From an uncultured Planctomycetota bacterium (GTDB lineage Bacteria; Planctomycetota; Planctomycetia; Isosphaerales; Isosphaeraceae), in contig CAWFIC010000012.1 in NCBI GenBank assembly GCA_963815795.1, forward strand, positions 13,304 to 77,303: 64,000 nucleotides of DNA, read 5' to 3'. Shown here piece by piece: positions 1 to 10,561 of this stretch (position 1 is the first letter of the stretch; each line of letters opens with the position of its first letter). The position numbers and the translations under genes are program-made. The notes under the pieces are model-generated. The model saw only the letters and a program-made list of their open reading frames with translations. It was not told where the DNA came from and searched no databases.

Positions 1-592
1 CCAGGAACGGCGCCTTGGCGCGGGGGCCGTGCTGGTAGATGGCCCGCGCCACCAGCTCCTTGCCCGTGCCACTCTCCCCGGTGATCAGCACGGGAAAGGT
101 CTGGTCGGCGACACGGCCGATGGCCTTGTACGCTTCCTGCATCCCCGGGCAGGAGCCGATGATGGCTTCGCCCGGGAGCTCGTCGTCAGGCGGCGTCCCC
201 GCGACGACGGCCGGCTCGCGCATCAACCGAGCGACCTTGAGCGCCTCGCTGATCACGCGGTTCAGCTTTTGCAAGTCGAGCGGTTTGAGCAGGTAATCGT
301 AAGCACCTTGCCGCATCGCTTCGATGGCCGACTCGGCCGACCGGACCACGGTCACCAGGACGACCGGGATGCGGGCGTCGATCCGGCGGAGCTGCTTCAA
401 GACGTCCAGGCCGGACTGGTCGGGCAGGCGGAGGTCGAGGAGAATGACGTCCGGGCGAACATCGGCGACGCGCCCGAGGCCCTCGGAGCCCGTGCGGGCG
501 ATCTCGACCCGGTGTGCGGGGGCGGGGAACACGTGGCCCACCTGGTCCGGGAGCAGGTCCGGGTCGTCATCGATCAGGAGCAAGGTGGCCAT
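1..592 (-). CDS. sigma-54-dependent (NtrC-family) response regulator; 3' end lies outside the window
   Basis: Own minus-strand translation from the ATG (cat at 590-592). It gives MATLLLIDDDPDLL... (receiver domain, ...LLDLRLPDQSGLDVL..., ...LLKP...). This is followed by FPVLITGESGTGKELVARAIYQHGPRAKAPFL, the Walker A of a sigma54-interaction AAA+ domain. It is absent from the ORF track because it runs off the edge. Confidence 0.85.
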   Translation of the reverse strand, partial: MATLLLIDDDPDLLPDQVGHVFPAPAHRVEIARTGSEGLGRVADVRPDVILLDLRLPDQSGLDVLKQLRRIDARIPVVLVTVVRSAESAIEAMRQGAYDYLLKPLDLQKLNRVISEALKVARLMREPAVVAGTPPDDELPGEAIIGSCPGMQEAYKAIGRVADQTFPVLITGESGTGKELVARAIYQHGPRAKAPFL

Positions 593-672
593 GCGACTCG
601 CGCCCCGGCTCGAGGTTCACCTCCTGGGATGTGCCGATCATTGTACGAATTCGTGACGAGGTTGTCAGTTCC

Positions 673-3511
673 ATGACTCACCCCGACACCAAGCCGAATC
701 GGGACCTCTCCGACACTCTGGACCTGGTCCTTCGCTTAGCGAACCTGTTCCCCGCCGTGGTGGACGTCGAGACGGGCGAGATCGACGGCACCGACCGGTG
801 GGACGAGGTCGTCGGCAACCCGCCGGGGACCACCCCGCCCGGTCTGGCGGCGTGGGAAGCCGCGATCCATCCCGACGACCGGCCCGACCGCGACGCGTCC
901 TGGGCCGCCTGCCTGGCCGGCCGGACGCCGTTCCACCAGGCCGAGTACCGCATGCGCCGGCACGACGGGCACTGGGTCTGGATCAAGGCCGTCGGGAAGG
1001 TCGTCGAACGGGACTCGGGGGGTCGGCCGCTGCGGCTGGTGGCGGCGATCCGAAACATCGACGACCTCCGCCAGGCCGAGCAGGCGCTGGGGGAGCGCGA
1101 GCGACAACTCGACTCGCTGTTGGGACACCTTCCGGGACTGGCCTACCGGGCCCTAGCCGACGATCACTGGACCGCCCTGTTCGCCAGCAAGGGCATCGAA
1201 GACCTGACCGGCTACCCGGCCGACGAGTTCACTTCCCACCGGCTCAACTACGGCGACATCATGTTGCCCGAGGACCGGCCGGCGACCCACGAGGCCGTCC
1301 TCACCGCCCTGCGGGAACGGAGGATGTACGAGGATGAGCACCGCATCCGACACCAGGACGGCTCGGTCCGGTGGATCTGGGCGCGCGGCCATGGGGTGTT
1401 CGCCCCGGACGGCTCCCTCCGCTTCATCGAGGGCTTGAACCTGGACATGACCCGCCAGAAGCGGGCCGAGGAGGAGTTGCGCCTCGCGAAGGAGGCCGCC
1501 GAGTCGGCGAACCGAGCCAAGGACGAGTTCCTGGCCAACGTCAGCCATGAGATCCGTACCCCCATGAACGCCATCCTCGGCATGACCGAGTTGGCCCTGG
1601 ACACCCCCCTCACCGAGGACCAGCGGCAGTATCTGACAACGGTCAAGTCGGCGGCGGACCACCTGCTGAGCCTCATCAACGACATCCTGGACTTCGCCAA
1701 GATCGAGGCCGGCCGCCTGGAACTGGATCCCGCCGACTTTTCGCTCGGTTCCGTGCTGGGCTCAACCCTGCGAGCTCTGGCCGTGCGCGCACAAGAAGGG
1801 GCTGGAACTGGTCTGCCAGCAGCGGACCGACGTGCCCGATGCCCTGGTCGGCGACGCCGGCCGGCTCCGCCAGGTGCTCATCAATCTCGTGGGCAACGCC
1901 ATCAAGTTCACAGAGCGCGGCGAGGTCATGGTGCTCGTGGAAAACGCCGGCGAGCCCGTATCGGAGGGAGAGGTCAGCCTGCGTTTCGCGGTGACGGACA
2001 CCGGCATTGGCATCCCGCCCGACAAGCAAGCGAAGGTCTTCCGTGCGTTCGAGCAGGAAGACTCCTCAATCACGCGCAAGTACGGTGGCACCGGCCTGGG
2101 CCTGACCATCTCGGCTCGGCTGGTGACCTTGATGGGCGGGGTGTTCACTGTGCACAGCGAGCCGGGCCAGGGCAGCACCTTCGCCTTCACGGCCCGCTTC
2201 GGGCTCCAGCCGCACCCGCCGGAGACGGCCGCCGCCTCGCCCCCGGTCGTGCTGGGCGGCTTGCCCGTGCTGATCGTGGATGACAACGCCACCAACCGGC
2301 ACATCCTGGAGGAGTGGCTGCGCGGCTATTCGTTGGTGCCGACCGTCGCCGGTGACGGCGCGACGGCCATGGCGGCCCTCTGGTACGGCGTGGCCCAGGG
2401 CCGCCCGTACCCGCTCGTACTCCTCGACGGCCGCATGCCGGACATCGACGGCCTGGCTCTGGCCGCCAAGATTCGCGAGCAGGCCGAGCTGTCCGCGTCG
2501 CGCATCATCCTGCTGACCTCTGGCGACCGCCCCGGCGACCTGACCCGGGCACGTCAACTCGGGATCGGCGCCAACCTGCTCAAGCCGCTCCAGCAACGCG
2601 AACTGATGGAGACCATCCTGCGGGTGATGGGCCACCAGGGGGATCCGGAAGGCTTATCCGTCAGCCCGGTCGTGGTGCGGCCACCCACTCCGGAGGGCCA
2701 GGCGGGCGTACCGCTGCGCATTCTGGCGGCCGAGGACAACGAGTTCAACCGGGACCTCCTCGAGCACATGCTGGCCGGCCGGGGGCTCTCGGCGACGATG
2801 GTGGTTGACGGTCGGGAGGTGCTGGACCTGCTGGACCGCGAGCCTTTCGATCTGTTGCTCCTGGACATCCACATGCCGGAACTGGACGGCTTCCACGTCG
2901 TCGGAGCGATCCGGGAGCGCGAGCGAACGGCGGGAGGTCACCTGCCCGTCATCGCCTTGACCGCGCGGTCGCGGAAAGAGGACCGCGAGCGGTGCCTGCG
3001 GGCGGGCATGGATGAGTACCTCGCCAAGCCGTTCAAGGCCGCCGATTTGTGGGCGGCCATCGACCGGGTCCTTCGGAGGGATGAGGGACGAGGGATGAGG
3101 GATGAAGAGCTCGCCACTGTGCTTGATTCATCCCTCATCCCTCGTCCCTCATCCTTCAGTGAGGATCTGCTCGACCCGCCGGTCCTTCTAGCCGCCTGCG
3201 GGGGCGACCCCGCCATGCTCCAGAAACTGTGCCGGTCGCTCCAGGCACGCGTCCCGGGGCACCTGGCGGCGGTCCGAGAGGCTTTGCAAGACCACGACGC
3301 CCCACGGTTACGCGAAGCGGCTCACCGATTCTACGGCATGCTTTCGGCGTTCTCGACCGTCGCCGGTAATCAGGCGGCCGATCTGGAAGACATCGCGGCC
3401 GGCGAACGGCTCGAGAAAGCTCCGCCCATCCTCGCACAGCTCGAAACGATCGCCGGGGAGCTCCTCCGACAGGTGGACCGCCTCTCCATCTCGGACCTCC
3501 GCGCGCCATGA
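673..3511 (+). CDS. hybrid sensor histidine kinase (PAS-PAS-HisKA-HATPase-REC-REC-HPt-like), frame broken once near 1786-1792
   Basis: ORFs 514..2283 and 1832..3511 are two halves of one protein. The first carries the H-box (SHEIRTPMNAILGMTEL) and stays sensible up to ...LRALAVRA. The second frame continues (H)KKGLELVCQQRTDVPDALVGDAGRLRQVLINLVGNAIKFT (N-box) and GTGLGLTIS. Two receiver domains follow (VLIVDDN.., ILAAEDNEFN..DIHMPELDG..AKP), then an HPt-like tail. Likely start is ATG 673 (MTHPDTKP). Confidence 0.85.
3079..3154. repeat. perfect 28-bp inverted repeat (20-nt spacer) inside the kinase coding sequence
   Basis: 3079-3106 is ggatgagggacgagggatgagggatgaa. Its exact reverse complement, ttcatccctcatccctcgtccctcatcc, lies at 3127-3154. 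Each arm is four 7-nt units (ggatgag/ggacgag/ggatgag/ggatgaa). Confidence 0.95.
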
Positions 3512-3675
3512 ATGACGAACGAACAACCGTCGTGGTCCAGCGCTACCTGGACGAGCTGACGGGAGATTCACCGGCCGAGCCGATCGTCCGGGCCTTGATG
3601 GACCGGGCCGTCCGCCGGCTGCACCTGCGGTGCGCCAGGCTGATTCCGGACCGATCGTCGCGATTCCGAATGTGA
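3508..3675 (+). pseudogene. 55-codon N-terminal fragment of a planctomycete-type ECF sigma factor
   Basis: Own translation gives MNDERTTVVVQRYLDELTGDSPAEPIVRALMDRAVRRLHLRCARLIPDRSSRFRM*. From memory, the pattern VQRYLxELxGDSPAEPxVRALxxRAxxRLHxLC is the typical N-terminus of a planctomycetal ECF family. The ATG overlaps the kinase stop (ATGA). The ORF stops long before regions 2 and 4. Confidence 0.4.
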
Positions 3676-3766
3676 ATCGCTGGCAACATGAGTCCGAAAG
3701 TGGGAACAATCCCAGCACGGCGGGGCTTTACTGGATAGAAACACCGCTCGTGAACGGACCCGAGGT

Positions 3767-6700
3767 ATGGCAACGAACCGTCAACGAACTGTCCCGCGAT
3801 CGCTCGGCATGCTCTTCCGCGGCGGCTCCCTCACGGGGCTGACCGACGGGCAACTGCTCGAGCGTTTCGCGGTCCGGGAGGTCGAGACCGCCGAGGCCGC
3901 CTTCGCCGCGCTGATCGACCGCCATGGCCCGATGGTTTTGCGCACTTGCCTGGCCGTCCTGCGCGATGAGCACGAGGCGCACGACGCGTTCCAGAACACC
4001 TTCCTGGTCCTGCTGCGCAAGGCCGGCTCGCTCTGGGTGCGGGACTCGCTGGGGCCCTGGCTGCATCGCGTCGCCTACCACGCGGCGGCGCGCGTCCGCC
4101 TCACCTCGTCCCGGCGCAGGGCCGCCGAGCGGAGGGCGGCCGAGCGAGTCCCCGAACGGTCCGAAGTCCGGACCTGGGATGACCTGGGAGCCGTCATCCA
4201 CGAGGAGATCGATCGGCTGCCCGAACGCTATCGCATCCCCGTTGTGCTGTGCGACCTGGAGGAGCGTCCCTATGAGGAGGCCGCGCGTCACCTCGGTTGT
4301 CCCGTCGGCACGGTCAAGAGCCGACTGGCGAGGGGAAGAGAGCGTCTGAAACTGCGCCTGACCCGGCGCGGCCTGGCCGATCCCGCCGCGACGCTCGTAC
4401 CGGGATTCCCCGCGGCGGAAGTCGGCGCAGCCGTACCGGCGTCGCTCGCGAAGGAAACGATTCGTCTCGCGATCGCCACGGCGGCGGGAGGGCCCGCTCG
4501 CGGGGCGATCGCCATCCTGGTGACGGAGGCCATCAGAGCCATGATCACGAAGAAGCGGGAGTCCATCGCCTCGATCCTGTTCGTCCTCTCCCTCATCGCG
4601 ATCGGTCCGCACCTCTTCAGGCTCGCTCACGACGAGCCGAGGGCCGTCGCCGCTCCGCCGGGCGAGGGACCGATCGAAAGACCCGAAGGGGACCTGGAGG
4701 CCATCCAGGGCACCTGGATTCGAGAATCCACCAACGCCGTCAAGGAGCAGATGACCATCGAGATGCTGGTCACGAAGGACGCCGAACCGCCGCGAAATGG
4801 CATCCCCCCCGGTGCCGCCCGCTTCGCTTTCCAGTGGAACGCGGACGGAAAGAAGGGATTCGCGCAGAAAGTCCTGCTCGACCCGACTCAGGTCCCCAGG
4901 ACGATCGATTTCCTGGGCGATCAACCCGGTGCGCCGAAGGTCTGCCCGGGGATCTACCGGCTGGAGGGCGACACCCTCACCATCTGCTTCCGCGCCTTCG
5001 GAGGGGCACATCCCGAGGGCTTCGTCGCCATCAAGCCCGGTGAGATCCTGGATGTGTACCGGCGCAAGGATTCCGGCGGGTCTCGTTCGACGAAGCCGGC
5101 GCTGTCAGTCACGTCGCCGGCCGATCCATCCCCCGGCCCTCGTCCCGCCGATATCCGTGGAAACTGGATCGTGCGAGGGACTCATGGAGACGCCGTGGCG
5201 CTGCTGAACATCGAGGTCCAGGGGCGACAGCCCCGCGTCTCCCTGCTGCCGGCCAACGATCCGAAGGTGTACCGACTCCCGCAATCCAGGATCGAGAGTC
5301 TTTGCATCGATGATAATTCCTTACGTTTCACGATCAGACTGGTGTCGGACCGCAATACCTCGGGCACTCCCCTCGCCGTCGACGCCTACATCCCCGAGGG
5401 CGAGGCGCGGCCCAAAGTCTTGCGCGGCTCGATGGCGGTGTCGCGTTCGCGCTTCCCGGTCGAGCTCGAGCGGACGGAATCGAAGCAATTGGATCGGGAG
5501 CAGGCGAACGTGTCGGTCCCCGCGAGTGACGAGCTGCAACGGTCCGATCGGAGCAACGATCCCAGGGAGCGGAAGGAGATCCTCGAGGGGATCCTGGAGA
5601 GGTTCGGCGATCGGCCGGTCGCCCCCATCGCCGCGTGGAGCCTGGCGATCGCCCTGGCCGACGCCCACGCGTCCCGCGTCGAGGTCCGCTCGGCGACCGA
5701 ACGTGCCTTCCGGCTGGCCGCACGTTACGGCCCGGAGATGGAATTCGCGGCGATCCATCGCGTCGCCGACCATCTCGTGGCGTCGGGGGTCTTGCCCGAT
5801 CTGGCGCTCGACTATGCCCGCAAGGCCGAGGCCATGCTGCAACCCTCCGACCCGGTCGCTCTCCAGGCGGACGTCCTGAAGAACCTGGTCTCGGCGCTGC
5901 GCAGGGCTGGGAAGCTGGAGGACATCAAGTCCGTGGAGGACCTCCTCTCCAGGCTCGACGACCCGGGAGGCTCCGGCGGCGCTCGTTCTTCCGTACCGGC
6001 CGGCGGGGGGATTGTCGCGATGCGCGGCAGGCGAAGGGCTTCGCCCCCGCCCGAACCGCAGCCGGGAGGCGCGACAGCAGGTCGTTCCTCACCGGCCCGG
6101 CCCGGAGCCGCCGGACGAGCCGCACAGGGACGGATCTTCGCCTTCGTCCAGAGTGAGCCGGGTGATGAGTCCTTCCAGGAACTCGTCGCCATCAACCCCG
6201 AGGACTCGACCTGGGAGAGGCTGACGGACGACGGCCGGCCGAGGCCGATCCCGCGGATCTCCCCCGACAAGATGTCCCTCGTCTATTCCGGTCTCGAACA
6301 AGGCGGCATCTTCCGTTGCAGCATTCACGGGACCGACCCGATCCGGATCAGTGATGGCTCGGGTGTCCCGCTCTGGTCTCCCGACGGGAAGCAGATCCTC
6401 GTCTCCGAGGTCATCAAACCGCTGCCCGAGAATCGGGCGGACTTCCGGTGGACGACCTGGTGTTATCAGGCCGACGGATCGTCCCGGGTGAAGCGGCCGG
6501 TACCCCAGACCGATCAGGTCGAGGATTGGTCACCCGACGGGGCTCGACTGGCGACCCGTTCCGGGGCAATGGACCGGCTCACGCTTCTCCACCCGGATGG
6601 CACCGGCGCGCGAGAAGTGGTCGTACCGGGGCGCAAGCATTTCCCGCGATTCTCACCCGACGGACGGCACCTCGCATTCACCCTGGCCGTCGGCGAGGAA

Positions 6701-6958
6701 CACTCGCTCTGGGTGGCCGAGACCGTCGGCGAGGACCGGCGCCGCATCCTCAAGGTCGAGGGTACGGACTCTTATGGCCCGACCTGCTGGTCACCCGACG
6801 GCAAGTGGATAGCGGCCGTCCTCCACGACCGGAAGCCCGTGGGTCACGGCGGTTATCAATATACGAATGCTCGCGTCGAAATCCTGGATGCGACGGGTGC
6901 CAGCCGTCGTCCGTTGCGCTTACCTCGGTGGCGGTTCTACATCGCCGACTGGCGGTAA
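3767..6958 (+). CDS. ECF sigma factor fused to a membrane anchor, a TIGR03067-like domain, a helical/TPR-like region and a TolB/WD40-like beta-propeller (1063 aa)
   Basis: N-terminus has sigma70 region 2 (AFAALIDRHGPMVLRTCLAVLRDEHEAHDAFQNTFLVLL) and region 4 (LPERYRIPVVLCDLEERPYEEAARHLGCPVGTVKSRLARGRERL). A hydrophobic segment follows (SIASILFVLSLIAIGPHLF). Then IQGTWIRES...PGIYRLEGDTLTICF (TIGR03067-like, from memory). The C-terminus carries repeated SPDG motifs (WSPDGKQIL, WSPDGARLA, FSPDGRHLAF, WSPDGKWIA). Confidence 0.8.
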   Translation: MATNRQRTVPRSLGMLFRGGSLTGLTDGQLLERFAVREVETAEAAFAALIDRHGPMVLRTCLAVLRDEHEAHDAFQNTFLVLLRKAGSLWVRDSLGPWLHRVAYHAAARVRLTSSRRRAAERRAAERVPERSEVRTWDDLGAVIHEEIDRLPERYRIPVVLCDLEERPYEEAARHLGCPVGTVKSRLARGRERLKLRLTRRGLADPAATLVPGFPAAEVGAAVPASLAKETIRLAIATAAGGPARGAIAILVTEAIRAMITKKRESIASILFVLSLIAIGPHLFRLAHDEPRAVAAPPGEGPIERPEGDLEAIQGTWIRESTNAVKEQMTIEMLVTKDAEPPRNGIPPGAARFAFQWNADGKKGFAQKVLLDPTQVPRTIDFLGDQPGAPKVCPGIYRLEGDTLTICFRAFGGAHPEGFVAIKPGEILDVYRRKDSGGSRSTKPALSVTSPADPSPGPRPADIRGNWIVRGTHGDAVALLNIEVQGRQPRVSLLPANDPKVYRLPQSRIESLCIDDNSLRFTIRLVSDRNTSGTPLAVDAYIPEGEARPKVLRGSMAVSRSRFPVELERTESKQLDREQANVSVPASDELQRSDRSNDPRERKEILEGILERFGDRPVAPIAAWSLAIALADAHASRVEVRSATERAFRLAARYGPEMEFAAIHRVADHLVASGVLPDLALDYARKAEAMLQPSDPVALQADVLKNLVSALRRAGKLEDIKSVEDLLSRLDDPGGSGGARSSVPAGGGIVAMRGRRRASPPPEPQPGGATAGRSSPARPGAAGRAAQGRIFAFVQSEPGDESFQELVAINPEDSTWERLTDDGRPRPIPRISPDKMSLVYSGLEQGGIFRCSIHGTDPIRISDGSGVPLWSPDGKQILVSEVIKPLPENRADFRWTTWCYQADGSSRVKRPVPQTDQVEDWSPDGARLATRSGAMDRLTLLHPDGTGAREVVVPGRKHFPRFSPDGRHLAFTLAVGEEHSLWVAETVGEDRRRILKVEGTDSYGPTCWSPDGKWIAAVLHDRKPVGHGGYQYTNARVEILDATGASRRPLRLPRWRFYIADWR

Positions 6959-6959
6959 G

Positions 6960-8225
<1,266 letters not shown>

Positions 8226-8229
8226 GCGG

Positions 8230-8571
8230 TCAATCCTCGAAATCCTCGTCGGCGGACCGATCGTCCTCGTCGAGGAATCCGTCGGTGTCGATCCCCTCGT
8301 TGCGGAGCAGCCGGCGCAGCCGGACCAGGAGGGCCGTCGCATACCTCTGGACGGCGAGTTGCCGGGTCATCACGGCCTCGTCCGCCGCCGCCATGGGGAT
8401 CTCGGCCATCAGCCGGTTGGCCTGCGCCAGGCTCTCCCAGCCGGCCTTCAGCACGGCCGGATTGGCCTGCCCCCCGCCCCGTGTCTGCTTCAGCAACTGA
8501 CGCGCCTTCTTCAGGACGGCCTGCGCCTGCTGGAGCTGTCGCATGGCCGTCCCCGGGCTCATTTCCTTCAT
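8230..8571 (-). CDS. hypothetical protein (helical, acidic C-terminus)
   Basis: ORF 8230..8643. The internal start MKEMSPGTAMRQLQQAQAVLKKARQLL at 8571 is preferred. It is tightly packed upstream of the rlmI-like gene. No family recognised. Confidence 0.5.
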   Translation of the reverse strand: MKEMSPGTAMRQLQQAQAVLKKARQLLKQTRGGGQANPAVLKAGWESLAQANRLMAEIPMAAADEAVMTRQLAVQRYATALLVRLRRLLRNEGIDTDGFLDEDDRSADEDFED

Positions 8572-8636
8572 CACATCCTCTTTTGATCTGTCCCTTCGGT
8601 ATCCGCCCGTCGCTCGAGCGAAGCGCCCGACTCCAT

Positions 8637-8665
8637 TTGTCACTCGGTGAGCTAAAGTATAAACT
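8637..8665 (+). promoter_or_regulatory. possible sigma70-like promoter for clpS
   Basis: TTGTCA (8637-8642), 17 nt, TAAACT (8660-8665), lying about 47 nt upstream of the clpS ATG. Planctomycete promoters are poorly defined, so this is weak. Confidence 0.25.
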
Positions 8666-8711
8666 AGAAGGCGTCTGGACTCGTACCCTCACCCCGCGGG
8701 AGCCCACGCAA

Positions 8712-9053
8712 ATGCCCGGCGAGAAGCAGACCGCGAGTGCCGTCGTCTGGCCCGAAGTGACGACCGAGCAGCAGACGCGGCGCATCCCCCCGTACAATGT
8801 GGTGATCCTCAACGACGAGGAGCACACGTTCCCCTACGTCATCGAGCTGCTCGTGAAGATCTTCCGCCACCCCCTCCCCAAGGCGGAAGAGCTGACGCTG
8901 CGGATCCACACGACCGGGCGCGCCATCGTCTACACGACCCACAAGGAGCTGGCCGAGCTGAAGCGCGACCAGGTGATCGCCTACGGGCCGGACCCGCGGA
9001 TGCAGGAATCCAAGGGGCCGTTGCGTTGCTACGTCGAGCCGGCGCCGGGTTGA
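8712..9053 (+). CDS. clpS: ATP-dependent Clp protease adaptor ClpS
   Basis: This is the last 113 codons of the long shadow ORF 6867..9053. Sequence: MPGEKQ...PPYNVVILNDEEHTFPYVIELLVKIFRHPLPKAEELTLRIHTTGRAIVYTTHKELAELKRDQV, a typical ClpS core. Confidence 0.9.
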   Translation: MPGEKQTASAVVWPEVTTEQQTRRIPPYNVVILNDEEHTFPYVIELLVKIFRHPLPKAEELTLRIHTTGRAIVYTTHKELAELKRDQVIAYGPDPRMQESKGPLRCYVEPAPG

Positions 9054-9086
9054 GGGCGACGGTTCAGATCACGCTCACGCTCACGC

Positions 9087-9968
9087 TCATGTCTCTGGTG
9101 GATCGGTACCGAGCGCGGCGACGAGGCCGGTCGTGATGTCGGGATAACGCAAGACGATGCCCAGCTCGGACTTCATCCGGCGGTTGCCGACGCGCTTGCT
9201 GGTGGCATCGCGTGCCGCCTCGGCGCTCCCGGGCCGGGGCGGCTCGAAGCGCGGCTCGGGTGCCCCGATGACGCTCGCCGCCGCCGAGTAATACTCGCGG
9301 CGCGTGGCCGGCCGGTCGTCGGCGACGAGGTAGATCGGCGCGGGCGCATTGGCATCGAGGGCGGTGGCGGCCGCCCGGGCCGCGTCGTCGATGTGGACGA
9401 GGTTGAGGAACTTCTCGGGATCGCCGGGGATCGGCTCGCCGCGTTCGAGCATCGCCCGGCGCACGATCCGGCCCGGTCCGTACAGCCCGGCGAACCGCAG
9501 GATGACCGCCGAGGCACCATGACGCGAATCGGCCCAGGCTCGGACGCGCCCCTCGGCCTCGAGGACGACCCGGCCCGACTCGTGTTCGGGGGCGGTCGGC
9601 GACTCCTCGTCGACCCATTCGCCGCCGGACTGACCATAAACGCCCGTCGAGCTGGCGTAGACGAACCGCCGCACCGAAATCGGCAGGCGGTCGAGGACGT
9701 TCCGGAGCCCGTCAACATAGACCTCCCGCATCGCTGCCCCGGCGGCGCGGTCGAACCCCACCGCGTAGAAGACCCGCTCGGCCTCGGGCAATCGGAGCAG
9801 GGTCTCGGTCCGGAGCACGTCGGCGATGACCGGCTTGATGCCGATCCCGGCGATCTCCTCGGCCCGGCCGGGCGAGCGGACGGTGCCGTAGACGCGCCCG
9901 CCGTCCCGGACGAGCCGGGCGCCCAATCGCTGTCCCAGGTAGCCGCAGCCGATGATGAGGGTGGTCAC
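9087..9968 (-). CDS. NAD-dependent epimerase/dehydratase-family SDR
   Basis: N-terminal Rossmann motif MTTLIIGCGYLGQRLGARL, plus ...YASSTGVYG.... GTG start overlaps the stop of the upstream ORF (GTGA). Confidence 0.8.
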   Translation of the reverse strand: MTTLIIGCGYLGQRLGARLVRDGGRVYGTVRSPGRAEEIAGIGIKPVIADVLRTETLLRLPEAERVFYAVGFDRAAGAAMREVYVDGLRNVLDRLPISVRRFVYASSTGVYGQSGGEWVDEESPTAPEHESGRVVLEAEGRVRAWADSRHGASAVILRFAGLYGPGRIVRRAMLERGEPIPGDPEKFLNLVHIDDAARAAATALDANAPAPIYLVADDRPATRREYYSAAASVIGAPEPRFEPPRPGSAEAARDATSKRVGNRRMKSELGIVLRYPDITTGLVAALGTDPPET

Positions 9969-10558
9969 GATGACGCTCGATCCAGGGCCTGTTGAATCCG
10001 CTTCGTCTCCTCGAAGGCCGAGACGAGGGATGGCAAGTGGTCCTCGGCGCCGGGGTCTTGGATATATCGGCGAAAGCGCCGGATGAACTCCTTGGCAGCC
10101 GCCTTGATTCTGGCCCCCACCTTGATGTCGAGCGCATCGGCCCGACTCTTATAGTTCGTTTCTTCGTCAACAACGTGCCCGTTCAAGGAGAGAAGCCAGG
10201 TCTCGATATGCCACTTGGGCGCCCAGATAGCAATCTGCTCCTGAGACGCCCGTGCCTCGCGGTCGGCCTCTTGCAAGACATCGGCCAGCCGTTGCACTCG
10301 CTCTTTGACGGTCTGCTCGTCCGCGTCTGTAGCGACCACCAGGGCGATGTTCTCGAAGCTCCTCCGGCGATGGGCCTGGACCTGAGCGGGGTATTCGCGG
10401 TCGATCCACTGCTTCGCGGAACCCCGACTCGCTGGGGAGCTAAGGAAGCGGATCTCGTGGGTTTGGACCCCCAGAGCATGGAGGCACTCGCGGACGAACC
10501 GCTCCAGGGTGCGGTCTTCGGACAGGACCATGAATCGGACACCCCGGCCCGTCGGCAT
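9965..10558 (-). CDS. hypothetical 197-aa protein, possibly a TOPRIM/DUF4276-like partner of the upstream ATPase
   Basis: VRFMVLSEDRTLERFVRECL resembles the hhhhEGxxExxFh start of DUF4276/RloB-type proteins. IALVVATDADEQ could be a DxD motif. It starts 4 nt after the ATPase stop. The region looks lower in GC than its neighbours by eye. Confidence 0.6.
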   Translation of the reverse strand: MPTGRGVRFMVLSEDRTLERFVRECLHALGVQTHEIRFLSSPASRGSAKQWIDREYPAQVQAHRRRSFENIALVVATDADEQTVKERVQRLADVLQEADREARASQEQIAIWAPKWHIETWLLSLNGHVVDEETNYKSRADALDIKVGARIKAAAKEFIRRFRRYIQDPGAEDHLPSLVSAFEETKRIQQALDRASS

Positions 10559-10561
10559 CGT

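Noticed and set aside
3728-5011. 427-aa minus-strand ORF antisense to the ECF fusion gene. Similar long shadow ORFs include 13663..15126 +, 28918..30507 +, 39086..40456 +, 47826..49073 -, 49173..51845 - and 55470..58124 +.
   Set aside because: Their translations are Arg/Gly/Pro/Asp-rich low-complexity sequence without motifs. Each lies opposite a gene with clear family motifs. Long antisense ORFs are expected at this GC content.
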